Part shown: positions 38,001 to 49,184 of the stretch, piece after piece | How the letters are laid out: every line of letters begins with the position of its first letter | Numbering within the stretch: the first letter of the stretch is position 1 | NCBI RefSeq assembly: GCF_031769215.1 | Contig: NW_026782045.1 | Span: 496,001 to 560,000, forward strand | Length of the DNA stretch: 64,000 nucleotides | Reading direction: 5' to 3' | Source of the DNA: Ylistrum balloti | Lineage: Eukaryota | Made by a program: the position numbers and the translations under genes | The notes under the pieces: generated by a model | Database searches by the model: none | The model's input: the letters and a program-made list of their open reading frames with translations, nothing else | What the model was told of the DNA's origin: nothing

Positions 38001-41000
38001 AATGTTATTTGATATCCTAGTTAGGGGAATTTCCTACAGAACTTGACTACCACACTACTGATGGACAACTAACTATAGTTAGGGGAATTTCCTACAGAAC
38101 TTTACTACCCACACTACTGATGGACAACTAACTATAGTTAGGGGAATTTCCTACAGAACTTGACTACCACACTACTGATGGACAACTAACTATAGTTAGG
38201 GGAATTTCCTACAGAACTTGACTACCACACTACTGATGGACAACTAACTATAGTTAGGGGAATTTCCTACAGAACTTGACTACCACACTACTGATGGACA
38301 ACTAACTATAGTTAGGGGAATTTCCTACAGAACTTGACTACACCACTATTGATGGACAACTAACTATAGTTAGGGGAATTTCCTACAGAACTTGACTACC
38401 ACACTACTGATGGACAACTAACTATAGTTAGGGGAATTTCCTACAGAACTTCACTACCCACACTATTGATGGACAACTAACTATAGTTAGGGGAATTTCC
38501 TACAGAACTTCACTACCCACACTATTGATGGACAACTCACTATAGTTAGGGGAATTTCCTACAGAACTTGACTACCACACTATTGATGGACAACTAACTA
38601 TAGTAAGGGGCATTTCCTACAGAACTTGACTACCACACTATTGATGGACAACTAACTATAGTTAGGGGAATTTCCTGTAGAACTTGACTACCACACTATT
38701 GATGGACAACTAACTATAGTTAGGGGAATTTCCTACAGAACTTCACTACCCACACTATTGATGGACAACTAACTATAGTTAGGGGAATTTCCTACAGAAC
38801 TTCACTACCCACACTATTGATGGACAACTCACTATAGTTAGGGGAATTTCCTACAGAACTTCACTACCCACACTATTGATGGACAACTAACTATAGTTAG
38901 GGGAATTTCCTACAGAACTTGACTACCACACTATTGATGGACAACTAACTATAGTTAGGGGAATTTCCTACAGAACTTGACTACCACACTACTGATAGAC
39001 AACTAACTATAGTTAGGGGAATTTCCTACAGAACTTCACTACCACACTATTGATGGACAACTAACTATAGTTAGGGGAATTTCCTACAGAACTTGACTAC
39101 CACACTACTGATGGACAACTAACTATAGTTAGGGGCATTTCCTACAGAACTTGACTACCACACTATCGATGGACAACTAACTATAGTTAGGGGAATTTCC
39201 TACAGAACTTCACTACCCACACTATTGATGGACAACTAACTATAGTTAGGGGAATTTCCTACAGAACTTCACTACCCACACTATTGATGGACAACTCACT
39301 ATAGTTAGGGGAATTTCCTACAGAACTTGACTACCACACTATTGATGGACAACTAACTATAGTTAGGGGAATTTCCTACAGAACTTGACTACCACACTAC
39401 TGATGGACAACTAACTATAGTTAGGGGAATTTCCTACAGAACTTCATTACCCACACTATTGATGGACAACTCATTATAGTTAGGGGAATTTCCTACAGAA
39501 CTTGACTACCACACTATTGATGGACAACTAACTATAGTTAGGGGAATTTCCTACAGAACTTGACTACCACACTACTGATGGACAACTAACTATAGTTAGG
39601 GGAATTTCCTACAGAACTTGACTACCACACTACTGATGGACAACTAACTGTAGTTAGGGGAATTTCCTACAGAACTTGACTACCACACTACTGATGAACA
39701 ACTAACTATAGTTAGGGGAATTTCCTACAGAACTTCACTACCCACACTATTGATGGACAACTAACTATAGTTAGGGGAATTTCCTACAGAACTTGACTAC
39801 CACACTACTGATGGACAACTAACTGCAGTTAGGGGAATTTCCTACAGAACTTGACTACACCACTATTGATGGACAACTAACTATAGTTAGGGGAATTTCC
39901 TACAGAACTTGACTACCACACTACTGATGGACAACTAACTATAGTTAGGGGAATTTCCTACAGAACTTTACTACCCACACTACTGATGGACAACTAACTG
40001 TAGTTAGGGGAATTTCCTACAGAACTTGACTACCCACACTATTGATGGACAACTAACTATAGTTAGGGGAATTTCCTACAGAACTTGACTACCACACTAC
40101 TGATGGACAACTAACTATAGTTAGGGGAATTTCCTACAGAACTTGACTACCCACACTACTGATGGACAACTAACTATAGTTAGGGGAATTTCCTACAGAA
40201 CTTGACTACCACACTACTGATCGTCAACATCATTATCTGATCAAGTGTTGATTCTTGATTTCTTGTATGATTATCCCATCTACTGAGTTAGTAAAATTTT
40301 TTTTCTATGACCAACAATCAGGGCCATTTGAGGATGGATATTACAGGGACACCAACAGTCAGGGCCATTTCAGGATGGATATTACAGTGACACCAACAAG
40401 GGTCATTTGAGGACAGATATTACAGTGACACCAACAATCAGGGCCATTTCAGGATGGATATTACAGTGACACCAGCAATCAGGGCCATTTGAGGACAGAT
40501 ATTACAGTGACACCAACAATCAGGGCCATTTCAGGATGGATATTACAGTGACACCAGCAATCAGGGCCATTTCAGGATGGATATTACAGTGACACCAGCA
40601 ATCAGGGCCATTTGAGGACAGATATTACAGTGACACCAACAATCAGGGCCATTTCAGGATGGATATTACAGGGACACCAACAATCAGGGCCATTTCAGGA
40701 TGGATATTACAGTGACACCAGCAATCAGGGCCATTTGAGGACAGATATTACAGTGACACCAACAATCAGGGCCATTTGAGGACAGATATTACAGTGACAC
40801 CAACAATCAGGGCCATTTCAGGATGGATATTACAGTGACACCAGCAATCAGGGCCATTTGAGGACAGATATTACAGTGACACCAACAATCAGGGCCATTT
40901 CAGGATGGATATTACAGTGACACCAGCAATCAGGGCCATTTGAGGACAGATATTACAGTGACACCAACAATCAGGGCCATTTCAGGATGGATATTACAGT

Positions 41001-42180
41001 GACACCAGCAATCAGGGCCATTTGAGGACAGATATTACAGTGACACCAACAATCAGGGCCATTTCAGGATGGATATTACAGGGACACCAACAATCAGGGC
41101 CATTTCAGGATGGATATTACAGTGACACCAACAATCAGGGCCATTTCAGGATGGATATTACAGGGACACCAACAGCCAGGGCCATTTCAGGATGGATATT
41201 ACAAGGACACCAACAGCCAGGGACATTTCAGGATGGATATTACAGGGACACCAACAGCCAGGGCCATTTCAGGATAGATATTAGAGGGACACCAACAATC
41301 AGGGCCATTTCAGGATAGATATTAGAGGGACACCAACAGCCAGGGCCATTTCAGGATGGGTGTTACAAGGGAAAACACCAACCAGGGTCAAATCAGAACG
41401 GATATTACAGGGACACCAACAGCCAGGGCCATTTCAGGATGGATACTAGAGAGACACCAACAGCCAGGGCCATTTCAGGATAGATATCAGAGGGACACCA
41501 ACAGTCAGGGCCATTTGAGGATGGATATTTGAGGGATATCAACAACCAGGGTCATTTGAGGATGTGTGTTAAAAGGGAAACCACCAACAAGGGTCATTTG
41601 AGGACGGATATTAAAGGGGCACCAACAATCAGGGCCAATTCAGGATGGATATTACAGAGACACCAACAGCCAGGGCCATTTGAGGATGGGTGTTACAAGG
41701 GAAAACACCAACCAGGGTCAAATCAGAACGGATATCAGAGGGACATCAACAACCAGGGTCATATGAGAACAGGTGTAAAGAGGGACACATACAGACAGTC
41801 ATATAAGAGGGTGGATGTTACAAGGGACACCAACAGCCATGGTCGTTTGACGATGTGTGTAAAGAGAGACAAGCAGTGGAAATAAATGATGACAAGAATT
41901 AAGTAGATAAGAATGAAAAAGATTGAGATCGCAAGTGTTACAATCAAATCAGCATCTACCATTTATCCCACAGTAGTCGGCTATTGTTTAGTTAAGTCCA
42001 CGTGGGTACACAACGGTGTTTAGAACATTTAACTTTTAGGTGACTGCGTGAAGTGAAAGGTCATCAGGTACGTTTAATCGCAGTACGCCAGCTTACCTTT
42101 AACTTTTTGAGGTAACCGGCCTTTTTTATGTCCGACCCTGGCCGCTCGAACACAAGGGACATTCTTGAGGCCGAATCCAT
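26051..42180 (-). CDS. IRS1: Insulin receptor substrate (IRS1/2/chico family), 10 coding exons, about 1559 aa
   Basis: Exons 42180-42097, 37351-37039, 35276-35134, 34556-34414, 33872-33606, 33140-32937, 32286-32150, 31860-31720, 30608-30450 and 29139-26051. The phases are compatible (total 4680 nt). PH domain (AGYLKKLK|TMKKKFF..GPARFEYY..CFNINK..ALYTRDD) and PTB domain (YVWQVTIKQRGLG..IRGCGHSD.FF.DVGRSA.TG.GELWIQVED). About 11 YxxM motifs; C-terminal LHYASLDL and LSYAQIDF SHP2-type motifs. All junctions are GT-AG except the exon-4 acceptor. The symbol denotes the family, not one-to-one orthology. Confidence 0.93.
29818..30217. repeat. 44-bp minisatellite, about 9 copies (IRS intron 9)
   Basis: Unit gatgagttttcagtcttaaggaatgacaaatattaagtcacttt. 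Confidence 0.95.
31471..31710. repeat. About 20-bp TGACCT-rich minisatellite (IRS intron 8)
   Basis: Unit tgacctgtgtggtgacctta, about 12 degenerate copies abutting the exon-8 donor. Confidence 0.9.
35640..36950. repeat. 20-bp minisatellite grading into a 40-bp dimeric higher-order repeat (IRS intron 2)
   Basis: actgaccactccacacaaca at about 35800-36260, then attgaccattaaacatgacaaatgaccactccacacaaca at about 36260-36880. Confidence 0.95.
38018..40220. repeat. 58/59-bp satellite, about 38 copies (IRS intron 1)
   Basis: Unit tagttaggggaatttcctacagaacttgactaccacactactgatggacaactaacta; first two starts at 38018 and 38076. Very homogeneous. Confidence 0.98.
40309..41840. repeat. 41-bp satellite, degenerating rightwards (IRS intron 1)
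   Basis: Unit accaacaatcagggccatttcaggatggatattacagtgac with alternating gaggacag/caggatgg variants. Homogeneous to about 41340. Confidence 0.96.
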
Positions 42181-42660
42181 ATCTCGTTTTCAGTAGTTCT
42201 TCACTCCTTCAGAGCTCATCTCTAAACATGTGGCATGTTTGCGTGTGGGTGAGCCCCACCTTCCCGTGGCTGATCAAGTTCATGGTCAGTCCGTCACAAC
42301 CGCATCATGTGAACTAAGACATATTTATAATCTTTAGATTCATGGACACTTTAATGCCACAACTGCAATCCATCTGATCACACCATTACGCCAGATTTAA
42401 GTGGAGAGGTACAGTGTATTCATGTTAGTCAATAACAGACGGGATAAATACACAGCATTGCAGGTGCCCCACTGATCAAGCTTGGGTGTTGATGTCTTAT
42501 TGAGGAAACTTAACGACAATCGGAGATAAAAGAAATCAAACGAATATCCGAATACTTCCCTCTGTCCTAATCACGATAAGATTATATATGCCTGTATTCC
42601 TGTGTTGTCGAAACAATGTTTACTTAAAACCCCAAGGACGGGGCACATCTCAGTAGCCAT

Positions 42661-42722
42661 ATTGGTAGAAGTCACGTGACGAACCGAACAGAGTTGTAAA
42701 CAAGTCCACTTGCGCATGCGTT
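42661..42722 (-). promoter_or_regulatory. IRS promoter motif cluster: CCAAT, CLEAR/E-box, FoxO site, NRF1-like site
   Basis: ATTGG at 42661-42665, GTCACGTGAC at 42671-42680, GTAAACAA at 42696-42703 and TGCGCATGCG at 42711-42720, about 500 nt upstream of the IRS ATG. Confidence 0.6.
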
Positions 42723-43194
42723 GAGGTTGTTGTTTTCATTCAACATTGCATGTCAACAACTGCTTTCCACTGTACACATGACTAAACTTGTGAATGTCGA
42801 GGATTTACGATCACACCTTTGTATTTACCCGATTAGTAATTTACAATACGTTCGTTCTTACAATTAAACTACACAGACATTAGAGCCAGTGACTTTAACA
42901 GTTATTATGCATAATCAATATATATATGTATATATATATATACGACCACATTCTGTGGGGCTAGTTGACTGTTTTGTAGGACCTTGTGTCATGACGATTG
43001 GTAACGTTTTCAATACATAGAGTACAATGGGTAGAAAATTAAGGGTGGCATCAGCTTACAGGTTTTTATTTAGCCCTATGCTACTCAGTTAATTGTACTT
43101 CACGTATAAGTAAATCTATTAATTGGGTGAAAATAGAATTTATTTTATCATATAATTGTATAAAACCACGTGACGTCCACTGGATTTCGTAACT

Positions 43195-43745
43195 TATTAT
43201 TATCATTACAGTCTTAACGGCCTGTCAATATATAAAAGGTCATTAAGGCCATCAACCGGTGAAACACACAACGATCCAAAATGGGAAAAACACCAAACAG
43301 AAAAAGGTAAAAGGTTATATCATCACATAAGATTAAACTGGTAAATCCTAGTCTATAATATAGACCAGTATCTTTCAGATAACCTAGAATTTTACAAAAT
43401 TCAAAAAAGGGTCTTTAGACTTGTAACGTTAGGATAAAAAAATCTCGAGTAGACAGAGCTTGAGGTCAATGCAGTCCTATAAAAATGTTTAACGATGAAC
43501 GGCTCATCACATCCTATGCACCGAGGATTATCTTCGCCTTTCAATATGAATGTGTATGGCCCATAGAAAGATGGGAAAGGACAACTTCGTCTCGGTGGTT
43601 GTGTACAGCATGGAGACCATTCAACGATGATAGCTTTTACGGAGTGCAATATATTATTAGTATATTCCATTGTCTACTCCATTCCTCCTGCCACGGCGTT
43701 AACAAAAACATGTTTGATAAAGGATTTAAAACCACTAAAACGAAG
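43195..43745 (-). mobile_element. 3' fragment of an I/Nimb-clade LINE (ORF2 C-terminus and tail)
   Basis: The minus strand translates as NNILHSVKAIIVEWSPC..ILKGEDNPRCIGCDEPFIVKH..VTSLKTLF. This matches the conserved C-terminal CCHC region of RNase-H-bearing I-clade ORF2 proteins. It is followed by a gatggcc..ggccgttaa hairpin tail and (aat)n. Confidence 0.7.
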
Positions 43746-44150
43746 TTTATAAACAACACTACACTCACAAAACACGAACTCTTGGCAGTGGATACATTAC
43801 ATGTGTGTTATCAGCTTAACATTTGAGCAACTTGATTCACGAGCTGTTTCAAAAAGGCGGAAGAAAATTGCATGCCCGCCATTGTAACGCTTTCACAAAA
43901 CTACAATGCTACTCAGTTTTGACCACTGCACGTTTGGTATTGAAGTAGAGAAGTTAAGGTTGTATAACACATGTAGTTATTTGTCAACAAATTTTGGGAA
44001 AAAATGCCTATTCATAATAGTCACTTTATAGTATAAGATTTAAGGTGGTACAGATATTGGGTAGAATCTGGGTCACAAGTGTCTTTGTCATATCTCATAG
44101 GGAGATGTATGACTAATATGAAACTGGTTATAATTGGTTCGGATTTGCCT

Positions 44151-44414
44151 TCATAAAACAATACTTTCCATTATTTCATAAAAAAGTGGACAATCGAAGA
44201 AAACCTCGGTTAAACTTTCAGAGTGCAATTGTCCCAGTTTTGATGAAATGTGATTATATTCTCTCTCCACAGTTTTATAGTCTTTTTTACGGATAAAAAA
44301 TATTCGAGTATTCGTATAACTTCGGCTGTTCGCACTTATACGTTCAAACAAAAAATCTTCAGTGGGTTTCATGGCTGTTGTCAAGTTATCTTTTAGATGA
44401 AATAATTCTGACAT
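44151..44414 (-). mobile_element. Possible highly decayed L1/Tx1-type ORF2 C-terminal fragment
   Basis: ESLTEVFFDCPLFYEIMES resembles the E(T/S)xxHxFxxCP zinc-knuckle region. Weak. Confidence 0.3.
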
Positions 44415-44612
44415 TGAAAGAAATTGTTTTACTTTCCAGAGTATTCAGACTGTGTCTGTTATTGCTTGTTATCGCCGACTATAAGTGAGGATGAACAAGG
44501 GGAAACTTTTCTTATTAGATTGTGTCTAAAAGACGCTGGAGATTGTTTAGCCTAAAATAATATGCAAGGCGTGGAATGTCTCATTAATAATTCCAAAAAT
44601 GAAAACTCGAAC

Positions 44613-44796
44613 TACAGGGGACCCTCGTTATCTCGAACTCGAATAACTCGAAGACTGTTTCATTCGAAGCATCAGTTTTATCAGGCCTTGATAAGGCTTT
44701 ACACAAAACATTACAACTCCTTTATATCGAACACTACGCTATCTCGAATTTTCCGCGTGACCCCCACCGATTTCGAGATAACGAGGTTTGTGTCTA
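44613..44796. mobile_element. Tc1/mariner (pogo/Tigger-like) MITE
   Basis: Perfect 15-bp inverted repeat CCTCGTTATCTCGAA (44623-44637) / TTCGAGATAACGAGG (44772-44786). The left end is TA|CAG. Internal tatctcgaa/tatatcgaa repeats. Confidence 0.75.
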
Positions 44797-45550
44797 TTCT
44801 TCTGTATGTAGATAACGTTATGGAATTCTCAAATTGTCCAATTCACAAAATGAGGTTTCTCTGTTTAGCGATAATCACGGACGCTGGAAATTAGGTGTTG
44901 ATTAAACAAAGTTTCCAAAAGTAGATTTGTTAATAGAAGCATTTTCTCAACCACAAATGTAGCTAATGAACGTGTGAACAAATTAGGTACTGTATTCTCG
45001 TCGATCTGTTCCTTCCATGACGCTAAAACATTTTTTAAAAACCTCAATTGCTATGTATTATGTTTAGAAAAAAAGACAGAAAAGTTGAATTTATTTATAT
45101 AAGTTATCATAAGGTAAAAAATTAAACCAAGATAACAACTGCAAGCCCATCATGAAGTTTCATACAAAATACTTTGAATGAATGAGGTCTGATGTATGGC
45201 CTTCGAGATAATGTGAACCCACAATACGTAAACTTTAATGTTAAGCAGCACGCGATCAATTTTCGGAAATATATAATAGTGATATCTTAAATTCTTCCAT
45301 AACAGTTTGATACAAAATTTATAAATAATGACTGTAATTTTTAAAATTCTTTGCTATATTAAAAAGAAAATGAAAGAGATTTGAGGCGTGTTTGTGAAAT
45401 GACAAGGAATTGATACAAATCATATAGGTGATGAATTTCATTATTCTTTCAAAGTGTTCATCTTTTTCATTTTTTGTATTCTTTGCGGACTGTTGTAAGC
45501 ACATCGAAATCTTGTAAAGAGAATGAAATAAACAAAGATAATAATTCTCT

Positions 45551-48500
45551 TGTTATAACCAAGTACAGATGTGGTGACACTAAAAGGGACGAGGGATTCC
45601 CACGTCAGGACCAAGGACAGATGTGGTGACACTAAAAGGGACGAGGTTACTTTGTCATATCCTAGAGAAAGACGGAGGGATTTCCCTGTTATAACCAAGT
45701 ACAGGTGTGGTGACACTAAAAAGGACGAGCTTTCTTTGTCATACCCACGATGGAGACGGAGGGATTTCCTTGTTAGGACCAAGGACAGATGTGGTGACAC
45801 TAAAAGGGTCGTGGTTACTTTGTCATATCCTAGTTGGAGACGGAGGGATTCCCACGTCAGGACCAAGTACAGATGTGGTGACACTAAAAGGGACGAGGTT
45901 ACTTTGTCATATCCTAGAGGGAGACGGAGGGATTTCCCTGTTAGGACCAAGTACAGATGTGGTGACACTAAAAAGGACGAGGTTACTTTGTCATATCCTA
46001 GTTGGAGACGGAGGGATTCCCACGTCAGGACCAAGTACAGATGTGGTGACACTAAAAGGGACGAGGTTACTTTGTCATATCCTAGTTTGAGAGGGAGGGA
46101 TTCCCACGCCAGGACCAAGTACAGATGTGGTGACACTAAAAGGGACGAGGTTACTTTGTCATATCCTAGAGAAAGACGGAGGGATTCCACGTCAGGACCA
46201 AGTACAGATGTGGTGACACTAAAAGGGACGAGGTTACTTTGTCATATCCTAGAGAAAGACGGAGGGATTCCCACGTCAGGACCAAGTACAGATGTGGTGA
46301 CACTAAAAGGGACGAGGTTACTTTGTCATATCCCAGAGGGAGACGGAGGGATTCCAATGTCAGGACCAAGTACAGATGTGGTGACACTAAAAGGGACGAG
46401 CTTTCTTTGTCATATCCTAGGGGGAGACGGAGGGATTTCCTTGTTAGGACCAAGGACAGATGTGGTGACACTAAAAGGGTCGAGGTTACTTTGTCATATC
46501 CTAGAGAAAGACGGAGGGATTCCCACGTCAGGACCAAGTACAGATGTGGTGACACTAAAAGGGACGAGGTTACTTTGTCATATCCTAGAGGGAGACGGAG
46601 GGATTTCCCTGTTAGGACCAAGTACAGATGTGGTGACACTAAAAAGGACGAGGTTACTTTGTCATATCCTAGTTGGAGACGGAGGGATTCCCACGTCAGG
46701 ACCAAGTACAGATGTGGTGACACTAAAAGGGACGAGGTTACTTTGTCATATCCTAGTTTGAGACGGAGGGATTCCCACGTCAGGACCAAGTACAGATGTG
46801 GTGACACTAAAAGGGACGAGGTTACTTTGTCATATCCTAGTTGGAGACGGAGGGATTCCACGTCAGGACTAAGTACAGATGTGGTGACACTAAAAGGGAC
46901 GAGGTTACTTTGTCATATCCTAGGGGGAGACGGAGGGATTTCCCTGTTAGGACCAAGTACAGATGTGGTGACACTAAAAAGGACGAGGTTACTTTGTCAT
47001 ATCCTAGTTGGAGACGGAGGGATTTCCACGCCAGGACCAAGTACAGATGTGGTGACACTAAAAGGGACGAGGTTACTTTGTCATATCCTAGTTTGAGACG
47101 GAGGGATTCCCACGTCAGGACCAAGTACAGATGTGGTGACACTAAAAGGGACGAGGTTACTTTGTCATATCCTAGAGGGAGACGGAGGGATTTCCCTGTT
47201 AGGACCAAGTACAGATGTGGTGACACTAAAAAGGACGAGGTTACTTTGTCATATCCTAGTTGGAGACGGAGGGGTCAGGACCAAGTACAGATGTGGTGAC
47301 ACTAAAAGGGACGAGGTTACTTTGTCATATCCTAGTCAGGGATTCCCAAGGAGGACCAAGTACAGATGTGGTGACACTAAAAGGGACGAGGTTACTTTGT
47401 CATATCCTAGAGGGAGACGATTTCCCTGTTAGGACCAAGTACAGATGTGGTGACACTAAAAAGGACGAGGTTACTTTGTCATATCCTAGTTGGAGACGGA
47501 GGGATTCCCACGTCAGGACCAAGTACAGATGTGGTGACACTAAAAGGGACGAGGTTACTTTGTCATATCCTAGTTGGAGACGGAGGGATTCCCACGTCAG
47601 GACCAAGGACAGATGTGGTGACACTAAAAGGGACGAGCTTTCTTTGTCATATCCCAGAGGGAGGGATTCCCACGTCAGGACCAAGTACAGATGTGGTGAC
47701 ACTAAAAGGGACGAGGTTACTTTGTCATATCCTAGAGGGAGACGGAGGGATTTCCCTGTTAGGACCAAGTACAGATGTGGTGACACTAAAAAGGACGAGG
47801 TTACTTTGTCATATCCTAGTTGGAGACGGAGGGATTCCCACGTCAGGACCAAGTACAGATGTGGTGACACTAAAAGGGACGAGGTTACTTTATCATATCC
47901 TAGTTGGAGACGGAGGGATTCCCACGTCAGGACCAAGGACAGATGTGGTGACACTAAAAGGGACGAGCTTTCTTTGTCATATCCCAGAGGGAGGGATTCC
48001 CACGTCAGGACCAAGGACAGGTGTGGTGACACTAAAAGGGACGAGGTTACTTTGTCATACCCACGATGGAGACGGATTCCCCTGTTATAACCAAGTACAG
48101 ATGTGGTGACACTAAAAGGGACGAGCTTTCTTTGTCATATCCCATAGGGAGACGGAGGTATTCCCACGTCAGGACCAAGTACAGATGTGGTGACACTAAA
48201 AGGGACGAGGTTACTTTGTCATATCCTAGAGAAAGACGGAGGGATTCCCACGTCAGGACCAAGTACAGATGTGGTGACACTAAAAGGGACGAGGTTACTT
48301 TGTCATATCCCAGAGGGAGACGGAGGGATTCCAATGTCAGGACCAAGTACAGATGTGGTGACACTAAAAGGGACGAGCTTTCTTTGTCATACCCACGATG
48401 GAGACGGAGGGATTTCCTTGTTAGGACCAAGGACAGATGTGGTGACACTAAAAGGGTCGAGGTTACTTTGTCATATCCTAGAGAAAGACGGAGGGATTCC

Positions 48501-48888
48501 CACGTCGGGACCAAGTACAGATGTGGTGACACTAAAAGGGACGAGGTTACTTTGTCATATCCTAGAGGGAGACGGAGGGATTTCCCTGTTAGGACCAAGT
48601 ACAGATGTGGTGACACTAAAAAGGACGAGGTTACTTTGTCATATCCTAGTTGGAGACGGAGGGATTCCCACGTCAGGACCAAGTACAGATGTGGTGACAC
48701 TAAAAGGGACGAGGTTACTTTGTCATATCCTAGAGGGAGACGGAGGGATTTCCCTGTTAGGACCAAGTACAGATGTGGTGACACTAAAAAGGACGAGGTT
48801 ACTTTGTCATATCCCAGAGGGAGAGGGAGGGATTCCCACGTCAGGACCAAGGACAGGTGTGGTGACACTAAAAGGGACGAGGTTACTT
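45551..48888. repeat. 84-bp satellite, about 40 copies, upstream of IRS
   Basis: Unit ccaagtacagatgtggtgacactaaaagggacgaggttactttgtcatatcctagagggagacggagggattcccacgtcagga. It explains the overlapping 28-aa-periodic ORFs on both strands. Confidence 0.98.
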
Positions 48889-49184
48889 CTAGAGTGTGAG
48901 AAATGGTTATGACAACGTACTTCAAACCAAAGGGGTTGAAATCTTCTTAACTATCTAAGGATATCACTTTCCGATACAGACATTGTGTTTCACGACTATT
49001 CATTTGGCTAAGGACAGAATCATACTACCCTGGTTATAAAGTGGCAAATATATTTTACACGAATCCATCAATTGCAAATAATGATAAATGGTATAATTAA
49101 ACAAGAGGCCCGTTGGGCCTGGTCTACAGATTATATATGCTCGGGCGTCCTTAAAAAGACAACTTTCAGGATTCTCCCAGTTCG

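Noticed and set aside
38018-40220. CRISPR-like regular repeats (also 14155-15240 and 45551-48888)
   Set aside because: There are no unique spacers, the whole unit repeats, no cas genes are present, and the DNA is eukaryotic with spliceosomal introns.
38018-40220. TTAGGG in each 58-bp unit as interstitial telomere; CTGATGG as a hammerhead box
   Set aside because: There is only a single hexamer per unit, not tandem. The box is CUGAUGG and has no stem II/GAAA partner.
45441-48925. Many long overlapping ORFs (up to 396 aa) on both strands
   Set aside because: They are 28-aa-periodic translations of the 84-bp satellite, open in several frames and on both strands at once, with no unique domain.
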